A stretch of 64,000 nt of DNA from an uncultured Candidatus Rokubacteria bacterium (lineage in GTDB: Bacteria; Methylomirabilota; Methylomirabilia; Rokubacteriales; CSP1-6), in the NCBI GenBank assembly GCA_963841755.1, contig CAWJDX010000009.1:10880-74879 (forward strand), written 5' to 3'. How positions within the stretch are numbered: the first letter of the stretch is position 1; every line of letters starts with the position of its first letter. Under the pieces are notes generated by a model. That model saw nothing but the letters and a program-made list of their open reading frames with translations, did no database searches and was not told the origin of the DNA. Positions 8,462 to 19,435 of the stretch are shown here, piece by piece. The translations under genes and the position numbers were made by a program.

Positions 8462-10713
8462 TGGACGCCCGCGTCTCGCGACGGAGCTTCCTCGCCACGA
8501 GCCTCGCGGCGGGCGGAGTGCTGGTCGTCGGCTTCGGCCTCGACGGGCCCGGCCGGTCCGGTCGAGCGGTGGCGCAATCGATCCCCGACGCCGACCGCTT
8601 CCTCGGCAAGTCGCTGGCCCCCGACATGGTCGACTCGATGCTGGCGGTGCAGCGCGACGGCTCGGTCACCGTCTTCGTCGGCCGGGTCGACGTCGGCACC
8701 GGGGCGCGCATCGCGCTGCGCCAGATCGTCGGCGAGGAGCTCGACGTCCCGCTCGAGCGCATCGCGATGATCGAGGGCGACACCGCGCTGACGCCCAACC
8801 AGGGCGGGACCGGCGGCAGCTACGGCGTCGCCCGCGGCGGCGTCCAGCTCCGCCGCGCCGCCGCGACCGCGCGCCAGGCGCTGCTGGAGATGGGGGCGCA
8901 GCGCCTCGGCCGGCCGGCCGGAGACCTCGAGGTGGCCGACGGCGTGGTGCGGGGCAAGGACGGCACCGGCTCGGTGAGCTACGGCGAGCTGATCGGCGAC
9001 CGCGCGTTCAACCTGAAGGTGGACGCGGCGGCCCCGCTGAAGTCCCCCGATCGCTTCCGGTTCATCGGCAAGTCGCTGCCCCGGCCCGACGTGCCGGAGA
9101 AGGTCACCGGGCACCATCGCTATCTCCACGACCTGACGCTGCCGGGCATGCTCCACGCCCGCGTCATCCATCCGCCCGCGTTCGGCGCGACGCTGGTCTC
9201 GGTGGACGAGGCGTCGATCGCGGGAATCGGGGGGGCGCGCGTGGTGCGCATCCAGAGCTTCCTCGCGGTGGTGGCCGAGCGCGAGTGGGACGCGGTGCGC
9301 GCGGCGCGCGCGCTGAAGGCGCAGTGGAGCGCGGGGACCGGCCTGCGGGATCATTCGAAGGAGTTCGAGGCGATGCGGGCGGCCCCGGTCGTGCGCGACC
9401 AGGAGATCGCCAAGCGGGGCGACCTGGCCGCGCTGACCGCGCCGCCCGCGGGGACGCGCACGCTGGCCGCGACCTATCGCTGGCCCATGCAGACCCACGG
9501 CTCCATCGGGCCGTCCTGCAGCGTGGCCGACGTGCGGGCGGACCGCGTCACGGTCTGGAGCTCGTCCCAGAACGTGCACGGCTTCCAGGGCACGTGCGCC
9601 CGCATGCTCGGGGTGGAGCGCGACCGGGTGCGCGTCATCTACATGGACGGCGCCGGCTCCTACGGCGCCAACGGGGCCGACGACGCGGCGGCGGAGGCGG
9701 CGCTGCTCTCGAAGGCGGTCGGCCGCCCGGTGCGCGTGCAGTGGAGCCGGCAGGAGGAGCACGGGCTCGATCCCAAGGGCCCCGCCCAGCTCCTGGAGCT
9801 GCGGGGCGCCGTCGACAAGGACGGCGAGATCGCGGCGTGGGAGACGCAGGCGTGGCTGCCCATCTCCACCGCGAACCTCCCCAACATCCCGCTGGTGTCG
9901 CTCGACGCGGCGGGCATCCCGCAGACGCAGGGCCGCGCCACCGGCCTGATCTACCAGAACGTGGACCCGCCCTACGCGATGCCGAACCTGAACGCGGTGG
10001 TGCACTGGGTCGCGGACGCGCCGCTCCGCACCTCGCCCCTCCGCGCGCCCGGCAAGATCGCCAACACCTTCGCGGTGGAGTCGTTCACCGACGAGATGGC
10101 CGCGCTGGCGCGCGTGGACCCGCTCGAGTTCCGGCTGCGCCGGCTCTCCAACCCGCGGGGCATCGAGGTCCTGAAGCGCATGGCGGCGCGCATGGGCTGG
10201 CAGCCGCGGCCGTCGCCCCGGCCCGTCAGCCGCGGCGCGGTGCTCACCGGCCGCGGGCTCGCCTACGTGCACTACAAGCACGAGGAGACGATCGTGGCGA
10301 TGGGCATGGAGGTGGCGGTGGAGCGCGCCACCGGCCGCATCCGGGTGACGCGGGTGGTGGCGGCCCAGGACTGCGGGCTCATGATCAACCCGGACTGCGT
10401 GCAGGCCCAGCTCGAGGGCAATATTCTCCAGACGCTCTCGCGCGCGCTGCACGAGGAGATCGTCTACGACGGCGACCGCGTCACCACGGTGGACTGGGCC
10501 TCGTACCCGATCCTCACCTTCCCGGAGGTGCCGAAGCTCGAGCTCGACGTGATCCAGCGGCTCGACCAGCCCCCGCTGGGCGCGGGGGAGGCGGCCTCCA
10601 CCCCGGTGGGCGCCGCGCTCGCCAACGCGGTGTTCGACGCGACGGGCGTGCGCCTGCGCACCGTGCCGTTCCGGCCGGACCGGGTGAAGGCCGCCCTCGC
10701 GGGCCGCTCATGA
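8461..10713 (+). CDS. Molybdopterin-binding large subunit with Tat signal (IorB/NicB-like)
   Basis: ATG at 8461 overlaps the upstream TGA. SRRSFL Tat motif, GGTGGS, PLRAPG loop, AQLEG and GAGE. Confidence 0.9.
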   Translation: MDARVSRRSFLATSLAAGGVLVVGFGLDGPGRSGRAVAQSIPDADRFLGKSLAPDMVDSMLAVQRDGSVTVFVGRVDVGTGARIALRQIVGEELDVPLERIAMIEGDTALTPNQGGTGGSYGVARGGVQLRRAAATARQALLEMGAQRLGRPAGDLEVADGVVRGKDGTGSVSYGELIGDRAFNLKVDAAAPLKSPDRFRFIGKSLPRPDVPEKVTGHHRYLHDLTLPGMLHARVIHPPAFGATLVSVDEASIAGIGGARVVRIQSFLAVVAEREWDAVRAARALKAQWSAGTGLRDHSKEFEAMRAAPVVRDQEIAKRGDLAALTAPPAGTRTLAATYRWPMQTHGSIGPSCSVADVRADRVTVWSSSQNVHGFQGTCARMLGVERDRVRVIYMDGAGSYGANGADDAAAEAALLSKAVGRPVRVQWSRQEEHGLDPKGPAQLLELRGAVDKDGEIAAWETQAWLPISTANLPNIPLVSLDAAGIPQTQGRATGLIYQNVDPPYAMPNLNAVVHWVADAPLRTSPLRAPGKIANTFAVESFTDEMAALARVDPLEFRLRRLSNPRGIEVLKRMAARMGWQPRPSPRPVSRGAVLTGRGLAYVHYKHEETIVAMGMEVAVERATGRIRVTRVVAAQDCGLMINPDCVQAQLEGNILQTLSRALHEEIVYDGDRVTTVDWASYPILTFPEVPKLELDVIQRLDQPPLGAGEAASTPVGAALANAVFDATGVRLRTVPFRPDRVKAALAGRS

Positions 10714-11541
10714 TCGAGGTGCGACGGCTCGGGCCGCAGATCGGCGCCGAGATCCTGGGCGTGGACGTGCGAAAGCTCGACGACGCGGGCTTCGCGACCA
10801 TCTACCGCGCGTGGCTCGACCACAACGTGGCGGTGGTCCCCGGCCAGGAGCTCGAGCTCGACGACTTCGTGACCTACAGCCGCCGCTTCGGCCAGGTGGT
10901 GCCGCACCCGTCGAAGATGACGCGCCACCCGGAGCGCCCGGAGGTCACCCTGCTCGGCGTGAACAAGTTCGGCGCCGACGGCGCGCTCGACCTGGCGATC
11001 TATCGCCGCGGCGCCGAGGGCTGGCACACCGACGGCGCCTACGACGAGGAGCCCTTCAAGGCCACCCAGCTCTACGCCCTCGCGGTGCCGAGCCGCGGCG
11101 GCGACACCCACTTCGCCAGCATGTACGCCGCCTACGACGCGCTTCCGTCCCGGTTGAAAGACCGCCTGGACGGCCGCAAGGGCGCCTTCACCTACGGCGG
11201 GCCGGAAGAAGGCCACCGCGCTGCTCAACGCCGAGGACCGCGACTGGACGCCGGTCTTCCACCCGATCATCCGCACGCATCCGGAGACCGGCCGCAAGGG
11301 CCTCTACTTCGACCCGGGCAAGATCCTCTACATAGACGGGCTCGAGGCGGCGGAGAGCGACGCGTTGATCGACGAGCTGACCGAGCGCATGATCCAGCCC
11401 GAGGGCTGCTACACGCACCACTGGCGCCGGGGCGACATCGTGATCTGGGACAATCGCTGCTCGTACCACAAGGCGGCGGGCGATTACCCGCCGGAAGAGG
11501 ACCGCATCCACTGGCGCGTCTCGATCAAGGAGCGGGCATGA
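10710..11541 (+). CDS. TauD/TfdA-family Fe(II)/2-oxoglutarate dioxygenase; frameshift near 11200
   Basis: WHTDG, GGDT, HPIIRTHPETGRKGLY and WDNRCSYH..R. Removing one extra G in gggccgg joins the two halves. Confidence 0.88.
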
Positions 11542-12255
11542 ACGTCGTCGCGAGAATGCTCACGCAGGAGCAGGACGGCATCCCCGGCTACATGGCGCAG
11601 CCGGAAGGGCCCGGCCAGCGGCCGGGCATCCTGATGGTCCACCACGCCCACGGGGTCACCGCCGACTACAAGATCGACGCCTACCGCCTCGCGTGCCTCG
11701 GCTTCAACGTGCTCGCGCCCGATCTGTTCAACATGTTCGGCATCGCGGGCACCGACCACATCGGCATGGGCGCGGATCTGCAGGCCAAGCACGGCGACGA
11801 CGAGTTCCTGGGCAAGATGGACGAGGCCTGGCGCTACCTCATCGACCGCATGCGCTCCGATCCGGCGCGCACCGGCTGCATCGGCCACTGCATGGGCGGG
11901 CGGCTGCTGATCCCCTTCGCGGCCGATCACCCGTCGGTGAAGGCGATCGTGCTGTACTACCCCTCGGTGCGCGACGAGCCCGAGACCTCGCACCGGCCGC
12001 GCCACGCCTTCCACCTGGCCAAGACGCTCCAGTGCGCCTCGCTGGTCTTCTGCGGCGGGGCTCGACTACATCGCGACGCCGGCCATCCAGGGCCCGCTCT
12101 GGCAGAGCTTCATGCAGAACGGCAAGCTCGTGGAGTGGCACTTCTTCTCCGACGCCAACCACGGCTTCCGCCACCCGGACAACGCGGGCTTCCAGCCGTA
12201 CTACGCGGACCTGACCTGGCCGCTGACCACCAGCTTCCTGCAGCGCACCGTCTGA
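11538..12255 (+). CDS. Dienelactone hydrolase family protein; frameshift near 12060
   Basis: GHCMGG nucleophile motif. After removing one G from a gggg run the frame continues to D..ANHGF and stops at 12255. Confidence 0.85.
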
Positions 12256-12275
12256 CCACGAGAGGAGAGACCGAC

Positions 12276-12701
12276 ATGAGCGAGCCCAAGCAGAAGTTCA
12301 GCGCGAGCCTGGCCAAGGACGCCGTCTACCAGCAGGGCCTCCGCAGCTTCATGGAGTACCGCGACCTCGGCATCGCGGACGCCACCCACGGCAAGATGCG
12401 CGCCCACATCGTGCGCGTGAAGCAGGGCGGCGACACCCACGATCTGCACACCACCGGGCTCCACAGGCACGAGTGCGACTTCCAGATGTTCTACGTGCTC
12501 AAGGGCACGATCAAGTTCGTCTACGAGGGCCAGGGCGAGCGCACCTTCGGCCCCGGCGACTGCGTGCTCCAGCCCGCCGGCATCGTCCACAACGAGCTCG
12601 AGTGCACCGACGACCTCGAGATCCTCGAGATCTACTCGCCCGCGGTGCATCCGACGGTGAAGGTGGAGAAGATGCCGGAGGCTGTCGCGGCCACGCGCTG
12701 A
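12276..12701 (+). CDS. Cupin domain protein
   Basis: HRHECDFQMFYVLKG and GDCVLQPAGIVHNE cupin motifs. SD aggag upstream. Confidence 0.85.
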   Translation: MSEPKQKFSASLAKDAVYQQGLRSFMEYRDLGIADATHGKMRAHIVRVKQGGDTHDLHTTGLHRHECDFQMFYVLKGTIKFVYEGQGERTFGPGDCVLQPAGIVHNELECTDDLEILEIYSPAVHPTVKVEKMPEAVAATR

Positions 12702-12708
12702 GAGTCTC

Positions 12709-13748
12709 GTGACGTCGGAGCATCCCGCCTCACTCTGGGCGGCCACCGCCACGCCGGCGGCCGCCCATGCGCCGCTCCAGGGCGAGCAGCGGGCTGACGT
12801 CTGCGTCATCGGCGGAGGGTTCACCGGGCTCTCGGCGGCGTTGCATGCGGCGGAGGGAGGCGCCTCCGTGGTGCTGCTCGAGGCCGGTCCGGTTGGCTCG
12901 GGCGCGTCCGGCCGCAACGGAGGCCAGGTGATCCCCGGACTCAAGCTCGATCCGCGCGAGCTCGAGGCAAGGTTCGGGACCGAGCGGGGCGCGCGATTGA
13001 CCGAGCTGGTGGGGGGCGCGGCGGACTTCGTCTTCGACCTCGTACGGCGTCACCGCATCGAGTGCGACGCGCGTCAGGACGGATGGCTCAAGGCGTGTCA
13101 CTCGCAGGCGGCGCTTCGGGCCGCCATCCTGACGGCTCGCGACTGGAGCCGGCTCGGCGCGGCGGTGGAGGAGATCGATCGCGTCCGGATCGCCGAGCTC
13201 ACCGGTACCGGCGGCTACCTCGGCGGCTTCGTCGACCACCGCGGCGGAGTGCTGCAGCCGCTCAGCTACGCCCGCGGACTCGCCCGGGCCGCGACCGAGG
13301 CCCGTGGCCAACCTCGCGCATGACGCATCACCGGCGACCGGCGGCATGCTCCTCCTCCAGCGACCCTGCACGCGCGAGTCGGCCGACCGCGTCGGACTAC
13401 GCGAGCATCATCGGCAGCGCGCTCGAGCTCTACCCCGCCCTGCGCAGCTGCGACTGGGAGTTCGTGTGGGGCGGCAAGGTCGCGGTCACGCTGGACCATC
13501 TGCCGCATCTTCACGAGCTGGCCCCGGGCATTCACGCCGCCCTCGGCTACAACGGGCGCGGGGTGGCCATGGCGACGGTCATGGGGAAGGTACTCGCCGA
13601 TCGCGTGCTCGGAGGCGGCGCTTCGGTCTTTCCCGAGAGCCCGCTCCGGCCGGTGCCGTTCCACCGCTGGCGCCGGCCGTTCTTCGAGCTCATCGTGGCG
13701 TGGAAGCGGGCCCTCGATCGTCTCGAGGGCATTTCTCGTCGACCCTAG
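12709..13748 (+). pseudogene. FAD-dependent amine/amino-acid oxidoreductase (DAO/PuuB-like), internally disrupted near 13300-13390
   Basis: GGGFTG dinucleotide motif, GASGRNGGQ and C-terminal GYNGRGVAMAT. The middle (roughly 100 aa) is missing and replaced by a snippet matching the start of the next gene. Could be an assembly artefact. Confidence 0.65.
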
Positions 13749-13764
13749 GGGGGCCAATCGAATC

Positions 13765-15491
13765 ATGCGCAAGACCATCACCGGCACCGGCGGCATGCTG
13801 CTCCTCCAGACGCTCAAGGACGCGGGCGTGGAGTACCTCTTCACCAACCCGGGCTCCGCGGAGACCGGCCTCTTCGCCGCCATCGCCGAGGATGGTGATA
13901 ACCGGTTGGTGGTCGGCAAGCACGAGGGCCTGGTGGCCGCGATGGCCGACGGCTACCACCGGGTCAGCGGCAAGGTCGGCGTGGTCATCGCGCACGTCAT
14001 GGGCGGCTCCTACCAGCTCGCCGGGCCAGCTCTTCAACGCCCAGGTGGCCGGCTCGTCCTTGCTGGTGATCGCGGGCGACTGGGCCTCCGAGCTGCAGGA
14101 CTACCGCGGCCTCGCCCCGTTCCCCGGGCTGAGCCAGGCGGAGTCGATGCGGCCCATCACCAAGGAGGCGCGCTGCGCCTACCAGGTGCACACGAATCCG
14201 AAAGCCATCAGCGTGGCCACGATCCGCGCGCTGCGCGAGGCCACCACGCCGCCCACCGGGCCGGTGTACCTCTCGATCAGCGCGGAGCTGCTGCACACCG
14301 AAGGGCTCGAGGCGATCGTCGGCGAGGGCGCGAACTACCAGATCGAGCGGCCGGGGCCGGCGCGGGCGAAGACCGTCGAGGCCATCGCCAAGCGGCTCGG
14401 CGAGGCGCGCTGCCCGGTGCTGATGTTCGGCGACGACGTGTGGCGCGAGGGCGCGCAGGCCGAGGCGGTGCGGCTGGCCGAGGCGCTGGAGGCGCCGGTG
14501 TTCGCGAGCCGGCAGATCTTCCCGAACTTCCCGACGCGGCATCCGCTCTTCTGCGGCAACTACCCGGTGTCGAAGGACTTCACCAAGACCACCGGGCTCG
14601 AGCCGGACCTGATCTTCCTGGTGGGCTGCCAGGGCGTGCACGGCAGCGTGAACGAGCCCGTCATCATGCAGATCGGGCCGAACCCGCTCCTGATGGGCCG
14701 GCACTACCCGCTCGACCTGGCCGCGCAGTGCGAGCTGCCCGAGACCCTCAAGGCCATCACCCAGGCGCTCGGCCGCGTGGCCGGCGCCGACAAAGGGCCG
14801 AAGCAGCGCTCCAAGGTGCGCGCGTTCGCGGCGATGCTGATCGAGCGGGAGGAGCAGCTCGTGCGCGAGCACGAGCACGACACGCCGGTGCACCCCGCGG
14901 TGCTGGAGGCGCACCTGGCGAGCGTGCTGCCGAAGAACACGGTGATGGTGCAGGAGAGCTCGACCGCGCGCACCGCGCTGATGGCGTTCGGCCACGGCGG
15001 CATGGACTGGACGCGCAGCGGCGGCGGCTCGCTCGGCTTCGGGGTCGGCGCCGCTATCGGCGCAAAGATAGCGGTGCAACGTGACCGGCCTGTAGTCCTG
15101 CATCTCGGGCGACGGGGCGCTCGGCTACAGCGCCTCGGGCTTCTGGACCATGGCGCGCTACAACACCGCGATCCTCACGATCGTGTCCAACAACGAGAGC
15201 TACCAGATCGTGCGCCACAACTGGGCCAAGGAGATGCCGGACTCCAAGATGATCCGCGAGGGCAAGTACCCCGGCCTCTGGCTCAGCGCCCCCGCGACCG
15301 ACCACGTGGCGCTGGCCCGCTCGCAGGGCGTGGACGGCGAGGCGGTCACCTCGGTGAAGGAGCTGGAGCCGGCGCTCCGCCGCGGCATGGACAAGATCAC
15401 GCGCGAGAACCGACCCTACCTGATCGACGTGTCGGTGCAGCGCGAGGGCATCGGCGCCGAGTCCACCTGGTACCAGGACTGGCAGCTCTAG
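13765..15491 (+). CDS. ThDP-dependent decarboxylase (benzoylformate decarboxylase-like); frameshifts near 14020 and 15110
   Basis: FTNPGSAE, HEGL..AMADGY, and a GDG..(N)N ThDP motif restored by removing single extra Gs. Confidence 0.85.
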
Positions 15492-15519
15492 CCCGCGCGG
15501 GCGTCCCGGCGGACGCGCG

Positions 15520-16388
15520 TCAGGGCGCGGTGAAGTCGAGCCGCGGGTAGGTGCTGGAGGCGGTGCGCTCGAAGATGCTCACCGCGAGCATGAAGCGCCC
15601 GGCGGTCGCCGGGTCCTCGCCCCGCTGCTCGTCGTCCACCCGCTTCGGCTCCAGGTGGAGCAGCGCCTCACCCTTGAGCCAGTAGGTGCGGTCGCCCTCC
15701 GACGTCTTGCCGCCGTGCAGCGCCTGCTGCTCCGGCGTGCGGTAGACGAAGCGCCCCGGCTTCCACCCGTCGGCCTGCAGGCGCTCCTGCACCCGCCGAC
15801 GCTCGTCGTCGTGCTCCGGCCGGGTCATCGCGTGCGGTGAGACGCCCACGTTCATGGACTCCACGTGCGGGTCGCCGTGCGAGCGCGTCACGATGAAGTA
15901 GTAGCGGCACTCCGGGAAGCGCGTGCCGGTGTCGGCGATGTCGAGATCGAAGACGACGTCGGCGGCCAGGCGGCCGAGCCGGTCAGCGACTCGCCGCGGG
16001 GCTCGGACATCGGGAGAGTCGACCGGCGGCGAATGTCCTCGAGGGTCATGCCGACGTTGGCGGTCAGCACGCCCCGGCTCGCGCCGCGCAGCCTGGCCTC
16101 GAACCAGAGCTTGGCCGGCCGCCCGAAGAACTCGTCGGTGAGCATGGCGGGCAGGGCGATTGCGAGCCCGAGCGCGAAGACGATCCAGACCGCGACTACC
16201 ACGCCGGTCTGATGATCGGCGAGGAAGCGGACCATCGGGACCGACTCGTTGCCAATGCGGCGCTGCCCCCAGAGGAAGACCCGCAGCATGAGAGGGATCG
16301 CCGCGAAGCCCAGCGCCAGGAAGAGGGCGAACGCCACGATCTTCGCAAGTGTGGGCGCGAGCGTGGGCGCCAGGATGGGGCCGACCAT
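15520..16388 (-). CDS. Hypothetical membrane protein (two N-terminal TM helices plus soluble domain); frameshift near 15975
   Basis: ORF 15888-16388 supplies the TM part. A globular-looking reading (RLAADVVFDLD...PRLDFTAP) continues in another frame to the stop at 15520. Confidence 0.55.
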
Positions 16389-16397
16389 GCCCCGATT

Positions 16398-17822
16398 CTA
16401 CTGGTCCGGCCGCCACTCCACCGCGCCGAAGCGCGTGTGGCCGAGGAAGTTGTAGGAGATCGTGACCGTTTGCACCAGCTGGTGACGGTCGCGCAGATCG
16501 TGGGAGCCGGTGTTCCGGCTCGAGACGAGGTACTGGATCCCGATGGCGTGTGGGCCCCAGAGACGTACCGTGAGTCCCGCGCTGCCGCGCAGGATGACGT
16601 CCTGGGTGAAGTTTCGGGTGTCCACGCCGGTCTCCTTGTTCGAGCTCGTCCCGGCCACGTAGTACTGACGGCCCGTCGCCTCCAGCATCGCCCGGTCCCC
16701 GAAGATGAGGCGCATGCCGAGCAGGGTCAGCGGGGTCAGGCCATAGTGATAGTCGCGCTCGGCCCGGTCGCCGGCGGTGCCGGCCGCGCCCAGCCCGACG
16801 CCACCGAGCGCGGTGCCCTGCAGCGCGATGTGACGCGTGAGCCACCACTGGAAGACGGTGCCCATCGACACCGCGGTGGCGGAGACCCGGAAGATCTGCG
16901 GCGAGAAGTAGTCGTAGTTGCCGAAGACGCCCCAGACGCCGCGGAAGTCGTCGCCCAGGCTGTAGCGGCGCCCCCCGAGCAGCCCGCGGATCGACACGTT
17001 CTCGATGGCGTCGGTGATGTCGCGAGCGGTGGGGACCGCGGTGAACTCGAAGTGGAAGTAGTCGAACGGGCGCTTGTACTCGTAGCCGGGCTTGCCCGGG
17101 AGGCCGTAGGTGATCGAATAGTCCAGCGCGCCGTCCTGCCGCTTCACGTCCTTGCTGAGGTCGTCGTTGTGCACGTCGTTGGTCAGGGTCGCGCCGAGGC
17201 GGAGGCGGATGAAGACCTCCGGGTTACGGCTCGGGAAGACCGCGTCGAAGCGGTCGCCGAAGGCGAGCCGGTTGAACCCGGTGGGAGGCGAGATGATCGC
17301 GGCGCCCAGCTCGCGCCAGAACCCGGGCCGGTCGCCGCCGCCCTCGAGCAGGAGGCTCGCCATCCGGAACGCGGCCTCCCCGATGAACGCGCCGCCGATC
17401 GCGGTGTTGATGTGGTCGTTCAGCGACGGCGGCGTGGTCTCGCCCGCGGTCTCCCAGAGCAGGCTGCCGCCCAGGCTGTAGGCCAGCGAGCGCCAGAAGT
17501 CGAGGCCGGCGGAGCGGGCGAAGCCGAAGTAGATGTTGCCCTGGTACGGATGCCCTATCTGGTTGACGCTGAACGGATCCCGGTCGATCACGAGCGGCCC
17601 GGTCAGGTTGTTGCCGATCGACTTGAAGTCGCTCCCGTACTCCTTGGAGTCGATGAAGTGCCGGTTGACCTGGTTGAGCCCGAGGAGGAAGCCGCCGATC
17701 TCGAGGGCCGGGATCACGTAGCTCTTGCCCTCGCCCGTCTCCCAGTCGAGCTTGGGCGACTCCGCGAAGGCCACCGCCGGCGCCAGCAGACTCAGGACCA
17801 GCAGGGTGACGAGGGCTCTCAC
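16398..17822 (-). CDS. DUF3943-domain exported / outer-membrane protein
   Basis: Signal peptide, NQIGHPYQG..YF..ARS..and LLWETAGE..PSLND..GE pattern, followed by alternating beta-strands. Confidence 0.7.
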   Translation of the reverse strand: MRALVTLLVLSLLAPAVAFAESPKLDWETGEGKSYVIPALEIGGFLLGLNQVNRHFIDSKEYGSDFKSIGNNLTGPLVIDRDPFSVNQIGHPYQGNIYFGFARSAGLDFWRSLAYSLGGSLLWETAGETTPPSLNDHINTAIGGAFIGEAAFRMASLLLEGGGDRPGFWRELGAAIISPPTGFNRLAFGDRFDAVFPSRNPEVFIRLRLGATLTNDVHNDDLSKDVKRQDGALDYSITYGLPGKPGYEYKRPFDYFHFEFTAVPTARDITDAIENVSIRGLLGGRRYSLGDDFRGVWGVFGNYDYFSPQIFRVSATAVSMGTVFQWWLTRHIALQGTALGGVGLGAAGTAGDRAERDYHYGLTPLTLLGMRLIFGDRAMLEATGRQYYVAGTSSNKETGVDTRNFTQDVILRGSAGLTVRLWGPHAIGIQYLVSSRNTGSHDLRDRHQLVQTVTISYNFLGHTRFGAVEWRPDQ

Positions 17823-17823
17823 G

Positions 17824-18737
17824 CTAGCCGGCCGGCCCGATCGGGATCTTGGGCATCCAGTCGAGCCACTCGTTCTGCGGCTTCTCGTGCAGCAGGAACA
17901 GGGTGCCGTCCTTCACCGGGCCGCCCGCGTCGTCCGGCGTGGCGAACGCGATGCCGCCCGCCACCAGCGAGCGCAGCGACTCGATGTTGACCTCGAGGCC
18001 GCGGAAGAGGCCGAAGTTGACGTCGACGCCGCTCTGCAGCCAGAAGCGCGAGCCGAGCCGCACCAGCCGGGCGTAGCGCTGCGGGACGAACACCTTGATC
18101 TGCGCCGCGGTGGCGTCGGGACCCAGATCGGCCGCGGTGACCGAGCCCACCTCGATCCCCCGGTAGAAGACGGGCGAGCCGATCCGCACCGAGCCGACCT
18201 GCCGCGCGGACAAGGTCACGCTGAGCCCCGCCTGGCCGAGCGTGGGCGAGGCGCTCTCGAGGCCGGTGAACGTCCTTGCGGTCCTTGCCGCGGCCCGGCA
18301 GCGACTGGATGTAGGCGCCGGTGAGCACGGTGCTGAGACCGCGCACGGTGCCGAAACCGACCTCGGGACGGACGATCCAGAACAGCGCGCCCTCCTTGGC
18401 GAGCCCGGCCGCGGTGTGGCGCAGCCGCGCGGTCACCACCACGTGCTCGTGATCCGGGGTCAGCTCGATCGTCGTGACCTGGCCCACCGGTACGCCGCGG
18501 TAGCGGATCTCGGTCTGGCTGGCCTTCACGCCGCTCCCGTCCCGGAACTTGATCGTGATGGTCGGGCCCGAACTCCTGCAGACGATTGTAGACGAGGGTG
18601 GCCGCCACGATGGCGGCGATAAGCGGGACGACCCAGACGACCGGGAACCGCCACCGCCGCTTGCGGACCGTGGCGGCCGGCAGGGAACCGTCGGGGCCGG
18701 GCTCCGGGGCCGGCTGCTCCGGCGAGGGATCGGTCAC
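17824..18737 (-). CDS. pqiB: MCE-domain protein (PqiB/LetB-like) with TM anchor and two MCE domains; frameshifts near 18565 and 18285
   Basis: WVVPLIA anchor, IRYRGVPVGQV..FWIVRP and PVFYRGIEVGSV..FW..SG..SLRSLVAGGIAFATP. GTG overlaps the pqiA stop. Confidence 0.78.
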
Positions 18738-19343
18738 GGCCGATCGCCGCGATCGGCCCAGATGAGGGTCGGGTCGAAGCTGCTCGAGGCCAGGATGGTC
18801 AGCACGACCACCGCGGTGAAGGCGAACAGCCCCGGCCCCGGGATCACGGTGGCCAGCTCGCCCAGCTTGACCAGCGAGACCAGGATCGCGAGCAGGAACA
18901 CGTCGAGCATGGCCCACGGCCCGACCCGGTCGATCGTGCGGTAGATCCACGTCCGGACCGGCCGCCGGCGGTTGGAGCCGCGGCGGGTGGTCACGACCAG
19001 GAAGAAAAGACCGAGTAGTTTGAGGGCCGGGATGACCAGGCTCGCCATGAAGACCACCACCGCGACCAGCATCTCCCCGTGCTGGAAGAGCGTCTTGCAC
19101 CCCTCCCACACCGTGTTCTCGGAGTGGACGCCGTAGAGGTCCATCTCGAGGATGGGGAAGATGTTGGCCGGCACGTAGAAGAGGAGGGCGGCCAACGAAA
19201 ACGCGGCGGTACGGGCGAGGCTGTTGGGCTTGTGGTCCGCGAGCTGCGCGCCACAGCGAGCGCACTCGGCCACCAGGCCCGGCGCCGAGCCCCTCCAGGC
19301 GCTGCACCAGGCCACAGGTCTCGCAGGCGACGACGGTATTCAC
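18734..19343 (-). CDS. pqiA: Paraquat-inducible protein A family (single PqiA repeat); frameshift near 19290
   Basis: CETC...CARC zinc ribbon, YVPANIFP, S..IP..K and W.MLDVFL motifs. Confidence 0.82.
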
Positions 19344-19435
19344 GATGCCGGTACGCCGTCGTGCAATTCCGAGGCCCGCGCGGCCGTGAGGCGCCCGCCC
19401 GCCGCGAGGCGTATGATGCCGCCGCCGGTCACTCG

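Noticed and set aside
6709-10452. 1247-aa minus-strand ORF (similarly 30303-33974, 58114-61020, 1390-3249, 23568-25625)
   Set aside because: Antisense shadow frames of real genes, expected at this GC content. No motifs, and Arg/Gly/Ala-biased composition.
9285-12701. 1138-aa ORF that looks like a TauD-hydrolase-cupin fusion
   Set aside because: Its first ~475 codons are an off-frame read of the Mo subunit. The rest joins three genes only because two frameshifts bypass their stops; each gene has its own start and stop.
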